Assembly: GCA_043228905.1 (NCBI GenBank)
Contig: JBHGNT010000018.1
Location: 5,084,001 to 5,148,000, forward strand
Direction of reading: 5' to 3'
Origin: Azolla caroliniana
Taxonomy: Eukaryota > Plantae > Polypodiophyta
Length of the DNA: 64,000 nt
The notes below the pieces were generated by a model that did no database searches, had not been told where the DNA came from, and saw nothing but the letters and a program-made list of their open reading frames with translations. A program made the position numbers and the translations under genes. Shown in pieces: positions 9,908-22,545 of this stretch; positions within the stretch are counted from its first letter, which is position 1, and every line of letters begins with the position of its first letter.

Positions 9908-12900
9908 GATGACTAACGAATCGGAAGAGATTAGTGTTAAGTATCGATGCGATTAGTGCTCTAGAGGATGAGGATTAGTTGGTAGTTGCAAAAGAAATTC
10001 TTTGATTAGTGCTCTAAAGGATAGTGGCTACAAAATGCTTTGGGGGATATAGGGAAAATGTGAGTTATATAAAGACTCTAAAGAATGTGAACTTCAAAGG
10101 GTTGACTTTACGTTTGTTTTTATCATTGATGTGAAATGCCTTTTGGGCAACCCTAGAGGCACCTCACACATACACAAACACACAAACTTGCTTTATGATT
10201 GCTTTTGCTTAGTCACAACCACGTTTACGCCCATACCATCAAAGTCCCTAGAGTTTATTAAGTAGTCGTCGTAGCCCATAGTTCATTGCCTCCCATATGT
10301 CTATCTATTTCTTTAGTGTTGAGTAAGTATCACCATAATGCACATCTGGCCATTAACAAATAATATGCATATTGTAAACTAGAACATTGTCACAATCATG
10401 CTCTTTAGAGCTTTAATAATCATATGCTTTAAGTTGCATTATGATGGCACATGATAAATATCTATATTTGACTCTTAGTCACATTTAATTGAAATTGAGT
10501 CTCGACTAGCACATTACATGAACATCCTTTGCATCCAATGTTTAAACTGCATAATATTATGATATCAACTAAACAAGAGTGCTATTGTGATGATTTTTTA
10601 TAGAAGACATAAATTGTTGGTTAGTAAGCCATAGAAACATTACACAATTTTGTATTGGTCATTCACATAGAAGAAATGCAAATGACAAGGTAGGAAAGGC
10701 GGTCCTTTGATTTAGATAGGCAAAAATGTGGCTTTAGTGTGTCCTAAAAACATATGTTTTATTGTAAGTATATTGTATGCATACTAATATACTAACTATT
10801 ATTGTATAAACTCAATATTTAAAGGATGTTGATCATTAATCTTTATGGAGTGATATCCCCCTTACGAGTCTTTTTATTTGAGTCGGTCCACAGTTTATCC
10901 CATGTTTGTCTATGCAATTCACATGCATGAATCATAATGCAACTCTCTTTTTTGTATGACATGTGGAGTTTCTTCGTCAAATTGATTAGGGAAGAAGACA
11001 AATCAATTCAATAAACAGCAAACGAGAGAGGTTTGCCGCAAGTCTAGAGAGATAGTTATGAATTTAAAAGAAATCCATGTTTCTAGTTTGAACAAGAAAA
11101 TTCAAGTGGAGCCTACAAGGAAAAGGGAGTTTTCCTCTTCCAAAAAAATATATTTCTTGCACCATAAGACTTTAATGGTTGGTTCACTCCTTTTTATGTA
11201 TGATTAACCATGGATTACATGAATGTATCAACAAATACAATTTTACTTTATAAAACATAACCCAAACTAAATCGCAAAATGTACTATACCAAAATATAGA
11301 ACATACTTGGTTTCATTTGTACTACACAAAATTGGATTACTTGCATTGAGATTTTTTGCTCTATAAAGTCTCCACGCTTTTCCTCATACCACGTTCAAGG
11401 CAAGGCACGTTATAATGCATTGTCTTTTATTGGAAAATCATACAACCATTGCTTCATCCTAAAACATATGCTTTGCCACAACTTTTCAAAGTAGGCTTCT
11501 CAAAACAATGGATGGCCTCTCTAGAAAGGTAATTCTAAACAATGGGGATGACCTATTTTAGAGAGGGAATGTTAAACAATGAGCGAATCTATCTTAGAGA
11601 GGTAATGGTAAGCCTTGCTATTGCCTTGATGCTTGTACTTCACTGGCGTTTTGGGTAGTGATGCACTTAGTTGTTTCTTGCTACTCCAGAAGAATAACCA
11701 AGATGGTAGAAAGAAACAAAATCTAGTGATAGACCTACTTTCCTCTCATATCTAGTCTGATCATTTAGCATAATGCTTTAGTAATGCTTGGCCAAATTTG
11801 ATGTCATATCTTACCATATCTTATGTCATGGTCCCATTGAATGAAAGAGTATATATGGGAAGGTCGCATTTTAAGATCCACCAAAAGGTCCTTGAATCTC
11901 GAGACTTGTTTGGATCTAAATCCCTTTGGATCTTTGTGCATGATTCATGCATTGGAAGACATTCTCTTTAGTATTTTTTTGATGTACATCAACACATATT
12001 AAAAGGAACCAATTAATTGTTTGGTTAAGTCTTGAGGGTGGTTATTTGGAAAAAAGAAGAAGTCTTGAGGGTGGTAATTCCTAAAAGAATGTGACATCAT
12101 TAAATTAGGTTAATACATGGCCTTTTCATTAACGTCAAATTAAATCCCTGATCTTAAAAGAAGAAGCAAATTGTCGATGATGATTGCATACCTTTCAAAA
12201 TTTTGATGGGCTTGTTGAACCTAATTTTGGAGTTAGATGTGCATTTGATGTAATTTCTCTAATCGAGTTGATGGATGTTTCCACACTTGACATGAAAGAC
12301 TGATGAGAGCCGAGGATGTTATTCAAAGACGACAAAAAATGGAATGGAATTATTGTAGGCAAACTCTACCACAGGAAGACAATCAACTTAATCATCGTGT
12401 TGATAAGAAATATATCATTGTAAATATTGGTCTAAGGTTTGACTGGTTTGTTTAGTTTGGTTGTTTCTTTCAAGGTGGTGCGTAAAGGATAAAGATCTAT
12501 GGATATGTAAGATACTACATATCTAGGTTTTATTGGCACTCAAGTTTTTTTAGAAAAGCATTGCTCTACAATGTAGAAAGTGGGAGTCGATAATTGCGTC
12601 ATTAAATGTGGCTAATGATGCACTAAAAAAGTGCATTGAATACGGACCTGTTTTCTTAAGAAAAAAGAAAACAAAAGAGGGGGGAAAGGGGAAGGGGAAG
12701 AGAGAAAGAAAGAGTGAGGGAGGGAAGAAGAAGAAGAAGAAGAAGAGATTCACTTGTTTTTGTTGTTGCAATTTCTCTCAACAATGGAATTGGGCACAAA
12801 GACAAGCGTTAGAAAATCCTCAGTTCGAGCTTCATAACGATATATAATAAGTTTAAACTCTATATTACACATACTCAACATGCATTGCGGGCCTCCTATT

Positions 12901-13959
12901 GCCATCTTCATCTTCGATCTCTTCAATCATGTGAGTTTTGCTTTTCTCTCTTGTTCATGGAAGTTTTTTTTATCTTGGCTTGATATCACATCAAGAATAG
13001 ATATAAACATGATTCCTCACAAATTGTGGGGGACATCGATATGGGAACAATTGATCCAGTAAAGAATAATATGAATCATGGTAGAATGTAATCGTGCAAG
13101 GGAAGAAATTAGAAGAAATTGACATATGCCGAGGCAATCCATGTAGACGAGGTTGACAAGGATAATCATAATTGGGATAATTTATGGGGGGATTGCCAAT
13201 AACTTGTCATCTGATATTGTGGAAGAAAATAAAAAAGCAGCAAACGAATGCATTGATGGTGTAGAAGTAGATTCTAAGACAATTTTGCAATTTTGATGTA
13301 TTCTATGCTCATACAGTGATATTATATTTTACCTGGAAACCCCCATACATAAATTGGTTTGAATAATGGTTGAATACAATCATGTCACTACATTGTGTTG
13401 AGAATAAATATATATGCAGGACCACAAGGGTTTTATGATGTAGTATTTCATTCCCCTGAACATCGAAGACCATTGCTTGATAAAGTTCCCATGTTCTTTG
13501 ATAAACAATTAATGCATATAATGCAATGGTCCCCCATAGTGAACTATTATGCTTTGTTGAAACAAGAATGCCATGTTTGGGTAACATTGGATTGTAAGCA
13601 TGCATTTTTATGGCCACTTTAACCAAAGTTGATGAGTTAAATGGGTAAAGTGTTGGTATCTCCACATGGAAATGCCACAAATAAGGGCATATTTTGTATG
13701 TTATGGGATATAAGTTGTAACATGCCAAGATGGGTGCATATCTTGGTATGAAAAGACTTTGTTTTAAATTGAAGTAGGAGACATTTGCATGTCATTATTT
13801 TAGATGTGGTGAATGGGGCCACTTTATGGTGGAATGCTACGTCATTGTCCTTCAACTATGGAGGTTCCTAATGAAGGGAATGATCATGAAGGAGTTGGGA
13901 GAGATGTTTGTATGTTAGATATTGTGGTTGGTATGGATTGTTAACCTCGATGGTGCTTA

Positions 13960-14830
13960 GTAGTGTGTAGTCGGTGGATTTGCCTCAGTAGATCTTGTGG
14001 AAGCATATAGTGGATCTTCATGTGGAGCGGGCAAACGTAGAGTAAGCATGAGATCGTGTGTACTACTTGCGTTATAAGTTATGTTCAATATACACAGAGA
14101 TATAGCAAAAAGATATGGCAAAGAGGATATATTGCATTGATTGACATCATCTTGTACATGGAAGAATGCATCCTATTTATACATGATAGGACTCACTTAG
14201 CCCAATGTCTTGTACATAGTTATATGATGGGAGGTCGCCGATTTTGTCTCCCTAATCTTCATGCCAAACAACCACCGAATCAAGATGAGTTTGGAGGTGC
14301 TCGACTTCTTCTCATATATCGATTGAAGCTTCTCCCATAGCTCGAATGCAGTCCACTCTTTTGCCATGTTGAAGTAGAGGTTTTTTCAGTCAGATGCATT
14401 TAGATGGTTGATCTCGTGATCCTGTTGAGCGATCACCATTCTTTTGTTGTCATCGTCAACAATCAGCTATTGTGCCTAATAGCCTTGATCTGGCATCGTA
14501 TGATCAACACATCCTTCATCATCTCCTTCCATAGGGCAAAGTTTTTGCCATCAAACTTTCTGATCTCGCATCATGTACCATATGTCAAAGGCCATTGTTC
14601 TTCTAGAGGTTTTCGTAGGCTTGGTCTAAATTTCCTTCAATCTTCTTTCTCTTCTTATACCGACATTGCGTGGGTTCCAATTCGCTCTAATTACCACTTG
14701 TTAACCACAATGGTGCCTGATAGACTATTGTGTGTAGTCGGTTTATTTGATCTTGTGAAAGCTTATATTGGATCTTGGCGTGGAGTGGGCAAGCGTAGAG
14801 TAAACGTGAGATTGTGTGTACTACTTGTGA
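13960..14830 (-). mobile_element. Copia gag relic bracketed by ~100-bp degenerate direct repeats
   Basis: Minus strand reads EIRKFDGKNFALWKEMMKDVLII at ~14500-14570. Repeat tgtgtagtcgg..gtgtgtactacttg at ~13964-14069 and ~14730-14828. Confidence 0.6.
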
Positions 14831-14939
14831 AACCTCTAGAAGAACAATGGCCTTATCTGTAAGCACTAAACTTTGATTTTCTAGATATCCATAGATTGAG
14901 TTCCCTTATTCTTAGGGCCCAAACCTTGAAGTGAGGCCT

Positions 14940-15494
14940 CTTTATCACCTACTCTAGACGATGTTTATTCATCCATGTTGGGCTAAAATTCCTACTCCTA
15001 CCATTGTATGTCCTAGTGTGAACACTCCTTGTGGTTAGGGCTAAGTGAGTTATGTGTGTGTGTAAGAGAGAGAGAGAGAGTGTGTGTGTGTGTGAGTGAA
15101 ACACAGAGAATACGCAAGGTAAAAGTATATTGACAAAGGAGAAAGACTCACCATTATACAAGGTGGGAGGAGGGTGCTTTATGTAGTCACCCTCTCTCTT
15201 CATTAACTACAAGGCTCATGGAGCATGGGGAATGTGAAAGCTCATAAGTTATGTGTCATAGAATATGATTCTATGACTCATACTAAATGCTAGAATACAA
15301 AGTGGTGACATAATGGTGACTCTTGACCGTTGAGGTCTCTTCACTCTCAAGGTGAGTTCACACACTAGACCACGTTGAGCTTGACTCACTTAGCCCTAAC
15401 CACAAGGAGTGTTCACACTAGGACATACAATGGTAGGAGTAGGAATTTTAGCCCAACATGGATGAATGAACATCGTCTAGAGTAGGTGATAAAG
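14940..15494. repeat. Long inverted repeat: 111-bp arms (14940-15050 and 15384-15494) around a ~333-bp spacer
   Basis: The arms are reverse complements with one mismatch seen. Confidence 0.92.
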
Positions 15495-16389
15495 GGAAGG
15501 TCCTCAAAAAGTTCATTGGGAACGACAATTTAGGGATAAGGGATTATCCCTATAACGCCAATTTAATTCATTGGGACATGTTGTCAATTCATTGAATTCT
15601 TGAGGTTTTCATCAGGCGGGAGAACCTAAAGAAACGTTTTTGATACACAACCCTAAGGATGTGGTGCATGAAAATGCATATGCAACATTGAACATGCTTT
15701 GACTAGTTTTAGGCCATCAATTGCTTTGAAGGAGCAAATGCACCCATAACTTTGTTGATTGAATGAAAGTGGTAATATAGAATGTGAGAGGGGGATGTTC
15801 TCCTCATAAAAAGTATATATTATAGGAAACTTTGTTGAGTAGAGAATGGGATATAGTATGTGTACTCGAGCATAATAGTCACGAGTTAGCAAGGTCCACG
15901 GTTCATTTGTGTGGATATTCATCATTCTATGCAGGACATCTTAGTAATCGTTATTCAAGTGTGGTATGAATTTAGTGGGATAAATTTTATCCCCACGTTG
16001 TACATAATGGTCCTTATAGTTGGTTTTTGGTTATAGAAATATCTTATTTTGGCTAGGTTGTGTGGTTTGCGAGGATTTATGCCCCTAAACAAGCCACTTA
16101 ACATATTACATTATGGGCCTCACTCATTCAAACCATATATGTACTATGGGTGATTTTAACATGTGTGTTGATGCATCTTAATCTATATTTGAACATTCAA
16201 TCATGGATGACCCTAGGCAAGATGCTTGGGTTTGATTGGCTATAGAGGTTCTGAAGTTGGATTTTGGACATGATTGCATGGGAAAGATCTAGGTCTTACA
16301 TTCCAATCTGCTCAACATAGACATACATGGAGTTGGTTAGATAGAATGTATGTGATGACCAACATCACTTATGGGAGCGCGATCGTCTA

Positions 16390-17800
16390 GTGCGGAACAA
16401 TATCACTCCTCTCTAGTGAAAGATCATTAACAGGTATATATAAAGTAGATTGATAACAACAAGCAACTGAATCAAGCAACAAGATCAACATGAATGCAAG
16501 ACGTATAGAGCAGAGAGTTAAGCATAAGATGAACTTTATTACTCAAGCTTAACGACACAATGTACAGAATGAACAACCTCTCAAACTAGGTTACAAAGTT
16601 AGTTTATATACTAACTAACTTAGGGCAACTACCGTTCTTAGTATTTACAAAGATGTCCTAAACCTGGTGTGTACAAATGGGACAATGTGAATACCTCCAT
16701 TAGAGACCCGTATTCGACAATCACTTCATATGACAGTTCTACAAGATGTGGGAACTTCAAATCACTTCCCAGTTTGTTTGGAGGTTTGTAGTCATGCAAT
16801 TGACATGCATAAATCCTTACTTGAAAAGCCTCCATTACGCTTTAACTCTTCTTTTGCTTCAAACTCGCTTCGATTCTCTGATAGAGCAAATTGTGGTTGA
16901 TTTTTCACAACAAGTGGATCATAGAGGAGTAAAAGCGTGAGATATCACTTTACAAAACAATAAGATTATTCATTGTATGTATGGAGTAACTAATGTCCAA
17001 CGACGACAATGTCTTCTTCAACAATCCTCACAAGTTCTCTCTAGGTGTAATGCATTATTGATACGTCATCACTAGATGAGGAGCTTTTGGATATCCGGAG
17101 TCAATTGCATATTCTTCTTTCTCACTTGCAATGCCAAAGTTATCGTTATGCTAAGATGCAACAACTCAACGATTGGCTCATTGATCATTAGTCTCAATCT
17201 CATTTGTTTTTCCAAGCATTACATCCTACTTATGCTCGATCTAATGTGGTACATGAAGCAAGGGGATGAATTTATAGTGGATCCTGCTACAATAATTGCA
17301 ATATGTGTTCATTACTTTAAGGAGTTGATTGTCCCACAATTTTTAATAACAAATGAAGTGACCATAGCATGAATTTTATGATGTGGTTGGTTATATTGTG
17401 CAGAAACTCATTCGTCATGAATTGGATGTGGATTTCACAAAGGATGAAGCGAACAAGGTTTGGACAAGGTTTTAAGGCATCTTCCTAGTGGTAAGAGCCA
17501 TGGTGGGCTCTGTCGCCGAGGTGAACCCAAATGTTTTCTAAAGAGACTGAAAGAACGAGGAGACTTCTGAATCAGATTCAAACATCGAGTAGATTTGAGA
17601 GATAGGGTGGCGGAAGAAGCATGTCTTTTGTTGAATGGAAATTGACAATTTTTTCTTTGTTTGGAAACAAAAGAGAAGTTTTTGAGCTCATTTTCGCCTG
17701 TGGATTCAATACCAAATAAGAACTATCCATCTCTAACATAAATAATTTGTAGGTAGGCATGAAGAATACATTTGAAAAGAATAAATAAATTTTAGGATTT
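16390..17800 (-). mobile_element. Highly decayed LTR-retrotransposon (probably Copia) relic
   Basis: LTR-like composition at 16.4-16.7 kb followed by gag-like decayed coding sequence. No intact motifs or TSD found. Confidence 0.3.
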
Positions 17801-17864
17801 TTCTTCACCACTCTAAAAAAATATCATATAAGAAGAGTTGAAGACAAAGAGAGAGAGAGAGAAT

Positions 17865-18222
17865 GGATGTAGCTTAGTTGGTAAGGTTGCCCAATGGAGA
17901 CTAGGTGATCATGGGTTCAACCCCACATCTAGTGAATTAAGAGACATGTTATATTATTATGGAGTATATAATAGAGATGTGAGTAACTGCATCTAGTGAA
18001 TTAAGAGACATGTTATATTATTATGGAGTATATAATAGAGATGTGAGTAAAATTGGGTTTTGAACCCAGGACATAATGGCTTGTAGTGTAACAACTTACC
18101 AATAGGGTAAGCTAATTACGATCTGAGAGAGAGAGAGATCTTCCTAGTGGTAAGAGCCATGACCCAAGACATAGTGTCTTGTAGTGTAAAAACTTACCAA
18201 TAGGGTAAGCTAATTACGATCC

Positions 18223-18266
<44 letters not shown>

Positions 18267-18558
18267 TTCCTAGTGGTAAGAGCCATGACCCAAGACATAG
18301 TGGCTTGTAGTGTAACAACTTACCAATAGGGTAAGTTAATTACGATCCAAGAGAGAGAGAGAGAAAGCCCAGATGGATGTAGCTCATTTGGTAAGGTTTC
18401 CCAATAGAGGTCATGGGTTTAATCGCTACATTCCACAATGGCATCTCTTAAATTAAGAGATATATATGAAGTAATAAAGGGGTGAGAGATTGGGTTTCGA
18501 ACCCAAGACATAGTGTAACAACTTACCACTAGGGTAGCTAATTATGATGAGAGAGTGT

Positions 18559-18589
<31 letters not shown>

Positions 18590-18792
18590 TGAGTGTAAAT
18601 GGATGTAGCTTAGTTGGTAAGGTTGCCTAGAGACTAAGAGGTCATGGGTTCAACCCTTACATTCCACGATGGCATTTAGTAAATTAAAAGATATGTAAGA
18701 AGTAATAGAGAGGTGAGAGAGATTGGGTTTTTTGAACCCAAGACATTGTGTTTGTAGTATAACAACTTACCATTAGGTAAGGTAATTACGAT
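17865..18792. repeat. Tandem array of tRNA-derived (SINE-like) modules. Each unit has a forward and a reverse tRNA-like head, and units are separated by (GA)n.
   Basis: Forward heads GGATGTAGCTTAGTTGGTAAGG...GGGTTCAACCC at 17865, 18375 and 18601 carry A and B boxes. Reverse heads (minus strand TAGCT..TGGTAAG...GGGTTCGAAACCC) lie at ~18054-18113, 18492-18540 and 18725-18784. Two extra truncated reverse halves lie at ~18161 and ~18287. Confidence 0.7.
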
Positions 18793-19179
18793 AAAAAAAA
18801 CAGAGAGAGTCTTTCGATCAGGTGAGGAGGTATTCACTATTTTTGGAGTCACGGGTACATTTGTTTTTTTTTGCATGAAACCATATCTCACAGAAATAAC
18901 ATTTACAACATTCTCTTCATACAATTGTGTATATTATAACATTTCATTGACATCCTTCTTTAAAATAGTTCTTGCAAACTGGGAGGAATGTATGCATATT
19001 GTTCTAGTTATTTACTAGAATTATCCGTACATCTTTCAAAATCTATTTGGATGTCCTCTATAGAGGAATTGTTATTCTTGTTAAATATCCAAAATTCTAC
19101 ACTTTTCATGTAAACAACTTCTAGAAATTTGTAATATTGATTTGCGATATTGCATTAACTACTACACAAAAGCTATTTG

Positions 19180-21142
19180 AGATGAATGTGATTTAATAAG
19201 AAGATGATACTAGCTTCTTCTTAGGCACAATGTGAAACCATTGTAGTCTTATACAAGATATTATCAATTATGGCATAGATTGATTGGCAAACTTTTGATG
19301 TCCCAAAAACGTAGACTTCTCTAACAAGACTTTGTAATAAATAGTCTCGAACTTCTATATTGCAACATTGTGTGTGTAAGCTCTAGCATCAAACATTAAT
19401 GGGAATGGGTTTTGTTATTAATAATCTCAAATGTTTACATTGCAAGATTATGTGTGTGCTCTAGTATCAAAGAATGGGAATGATTTTGTATTCATAATGA
19501 AAACTTTACGTTATATTTGATACCGTTTTCCTTATAGAAACTCTCTATAATTTCGAGAGACACTAACAAATCACTCCTATCGGCTATAACATTGATTCAA
19601 CAAAACAACTCTATAAATATCACGGTAAAAATCTCACCTAACTAATGGGAAAGTAGCTCCTTTTTTGGAAAAAAAACTCTATATATATCACTAATTGAAA
19701 TATTTTGATATTGCATTAACCACGTTGACAATATGCTATTAATGTAATTCAATAAGAAGACATTTCCATATATGTATATTTTGTATCTAAAAAGGATCAC
19801 TAGAGTGAGTTTGGCCCTTAAGGTCTAGTATTTGTACAAGGTACAACAAATTATGTTCAAAAGAATGCAAACGAATTATTGAAGAAAAAGCTAAATTGTG
19901 GGTCTAGCCTTTGAGTGTGAAAATTGAAGATGAAATATAAGGATTTTGAGTTCGGTTGGGCCGTGCAAACTATGCGTGGTCAATGGCCACCCACTTGGTT
20001 GAGAACTTCCACGAGGTGAGGAAGTAGTCACCATGATCCTCGATTGGCACTCGGGTCGAGAACCCAACATACGAATACTCCTCCACTAGGTCCGACAGCC
20101 GGAGTGGGGCATACGAGATATAGAGCTTGGCTTTCTTCTTGTCCGGGACACTTTGACTGGTTTTACTGCCACTCAACTTGTGCACCCGCACCTCGAGACG
20201 GCCTTCCACAGCATCATAATCGATGAAGACCGCTATGGGACGATCCACAATTGTTTTGAAACTCCCGATTGGGCTTGCCACGATCGATCGGACACTATCA
20301 ATGTCAATGCCGATGTGCGGGATCCCAAGATCCGGAAACGTGATGTCTCCGAAATTGCGTGATAGGTCAAGCTCGACCGCCAGTGTCTTGGTCTTATTAC
20401 CGCGGAGCGATTTCCCGGTTCCTGGGTTGATCTCAAACAACCCCATGCTCTCAAGGCCAGATGCACCCACACGTTGGTCGGGCGTGATGGCAAATGCCCA
20501 TCCACCCCCGAACGAGAAGAAATTCCCCGACTCGCGCCTCTCACTACTCCGTAGAAACTCAATGACGTACGATGTAGAGAATGAGACGGCATGGGACTTG
20601 ATCTTTGAGGACCATAGCTGGACCTTGGTCAAGTATTGGTACCGTGCCGAGGTTTGGTACACAGGGGCGGACATGATGACCGACTTACCGGTCATGATGA
20701 CTTTGCAAATGTCATTGGGGCCAACACCAGTTTCGGCTGCCGTGAGCCCGTCGATGCTACAGTTGAGCACCGAAGAGGAGCTCTTGAAGTTAGTAAATGA
20801 GAGGTTGACACCTTTCGGGAGTGTCGCGGCATAGATTAATGCTGATGTCGATGTGGCGCATGCCAATGTTATAAGTATCACTACACACTGGAACACATTA
20901 TTATAATGAAAAGGTGGTAGTGCCATGATGCCTAATGAATTGGAGGAGATTAGTGCTAAATATTGATGCGATTAGTTCTCTAAAGGATGAGGATTAGTTA
21001 GTAGTCACAAATGCCCTTGGGGGATATATAGGAAAAAGGAAAGTTATATGATGGTTCCAAAGTGTATGAACTTCAAGTGGTTGACTATTTGTTTTAACTT
21101 TTTTCATTAATGTGAATTGCCTTTTGGGCAACCCTAGAGGTG

Positions 21143-21200
<58 letters not shown>

Positions 21201-22545
21201 AAACTCAGTTTATTATTGTTTTTCCTCCATCACACCCACATTTACGCTCTAACTTCAAAGGTATGCAAAAGTGAGCATATATTCAGTATCCCAAGTTGCT
21301 CGGCCCGTAGCTTATATTTGATTTCTTCCAAGAACGTGTGCTACATCCACTAGTTGTTTAGAATTAAATATCGCAATGATGCATATTTGGTCTTTGACAC
21401 TTGATCGTCGCCCTCAATGTCTTCTTTTCCTAAAGTAAACCATTACATGGTAAATTGGAACTTGTCACAAACGTTCTCTTTGAAACTTTAATGATCTTAT
21501 ACTTTAAGTTGCATTGAAGCCTCACATGATCAACATTTGCATTCGAGTCTTCATCATATTTGAATGACATCTAGTTTCAATCATAATTGCATAATATCAT
21601 CGTATTGACTACACAATATTATCCCCATTTTCCATATTACCCAAAATTAATTTGCACTTAGGGTATGTGTTTAGTATGATCAACAAAGCTTACATGGCTC
21701 CATTAAAATTGAAGTTTATGGATTTGGTGTACTATAGGCAAATGACAAGGTATGGATGGGAGTTCTCAAGTTTGTATAAACATAAAGCGGATTTTAATGT
21801 GCAATTATAAAAACATATATTCTGTTGTTGAGTACTCATACACTAATTATTATGACCAGTATCACTCTGAACTTTAAAGGGTGCTATCTATTAATATTAA
21901 GGGAGTGATAATCCCCCCAAGATTCTTTTGATTTGAATCAGCCCATGAATTATCCCTACCTTCTCTATGCAAAACACATGCATGAATCATGATGCATCTT
22001 TCAAGCAAATTGATTAGGTAAGAAGAATAATCAATTCACAAATCATCAGATGGGGAGGTCCAAGGCAAATTTTAGAGGGAGAGGTAAGAATTAAAAAACT
22101 AAATACGTTTCTAGTTGGACATAAAAATTCCAATTGGGCCTACATTGAAAATGGAGTTTTTCTATTCTACAAACAATTAGGATTTCATGAATGTAACAAC
22201 AAATATAGTTTTACATTTCAAAATGTAATCCAAAATAAATCGTACAATGTACTTGATTGAAACATAGAACACAATTTTCATTTGTGCCATAAAGTATTTG
22301 ATTAGTTCCATCTCAATTTCTCGCTATGAAAAGTCTCTATAGTTTTCGTCGTACCACGTTGAGGGCAAGACCTGATTCGTTGTCTTTCAATATAAAATCG
22401 TACAACCATTGCCACATCCTGAAATATGGGCTTTGCTACGACTTTTCAAATTTAGCTTCTCAAATAGTGGGAAACCTCTTTAAAGAGGTAATGCTAGACA
22501 AGGAACGACCTATGTTAGAGAGGGAATGCTAAACAATAGACCACC
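19180..22545. repeat. Segmental duplication, copy 2
   Basis: Collinear with 7500-11590. Lacks the 8008-8534 MITE and has a (TC)n(AC)n expansion at ~21144-21200. Confidence 0.85.
19970..20926 (-). CDS. Secreted legume (L-type) lectin-domain protein, copy 2
   Basis: Collinear paralog of copy 1 with the same signal peptide and legB motifs. Intronless, 318 aa. Confidence 0.92.
   Translation of the reverse strand: MALPPFHYNNVFQCVVILITLACATSTSALIYAATLPKGVNLSFTNFKSSSSVLNCSIDGLTAAETGVGPNDICKVIMTGKSVIMSAPVYQTSARYQYLTKVQLWSSKIKSHAVSFSTSYVIEFLRSSERRESGNFFSFGGGWAFAITPDQRVGASGLESMGLFEINPGTGKSLRGNKTKTLAVELDLSRNFGDITFPDLGIPHIGIDIDSVRSIVASPIGSFKTIVDRPIAVFIDYDAVEGRLEVRVHKLSGSKTSQSVPDKKKAKLYISYAPLRLSDLVEEYSYVGFSTRVPIEDHGDYFLTSWKFSTKWVAIDHA

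Larger units (their letters stand above)
7500..11590. repeat. Segmental duplication, copy 1 (paralogous to ~19180-22545) containing a lectin gene and its flanks
   Basis: Collinear non-coding matches, e.g. gattgattggcaaactttt (7602/19278), gggtctagcc (8900/19900), cttttgggcaaccctagagg (10140/21122), gacctat..tagagagggaatg.taaacaat (11550/22507). Confidence 0.85.
13200..16370 (+). mobile_element. Degenerate L1-type LINE relic (ORF1 and endonuclease fragments), interrupted by other insertions
   Basis: ORF1-like YAGPQGFYDVVF..WSP..VWV at 13395-13620. APE-endonuclease motifs IYAP (~16075), MGDFNM (~16147) and WLDRMYV (~16334). Many stops. Confidence 0.6.

Noticed and set aside
18100-18360. CRISPR-like repeat-spacer array
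   Set aside because: The context is eukaryotic, the spacers are (GA)n rather than unique sequence, and there are no cas genes.
17865-18792. Functional tRNA genes
   Set aside because: A and B boxes are present, but there is no pairing acceptor stem or consistent anticodon arm, and the copies carry indels.
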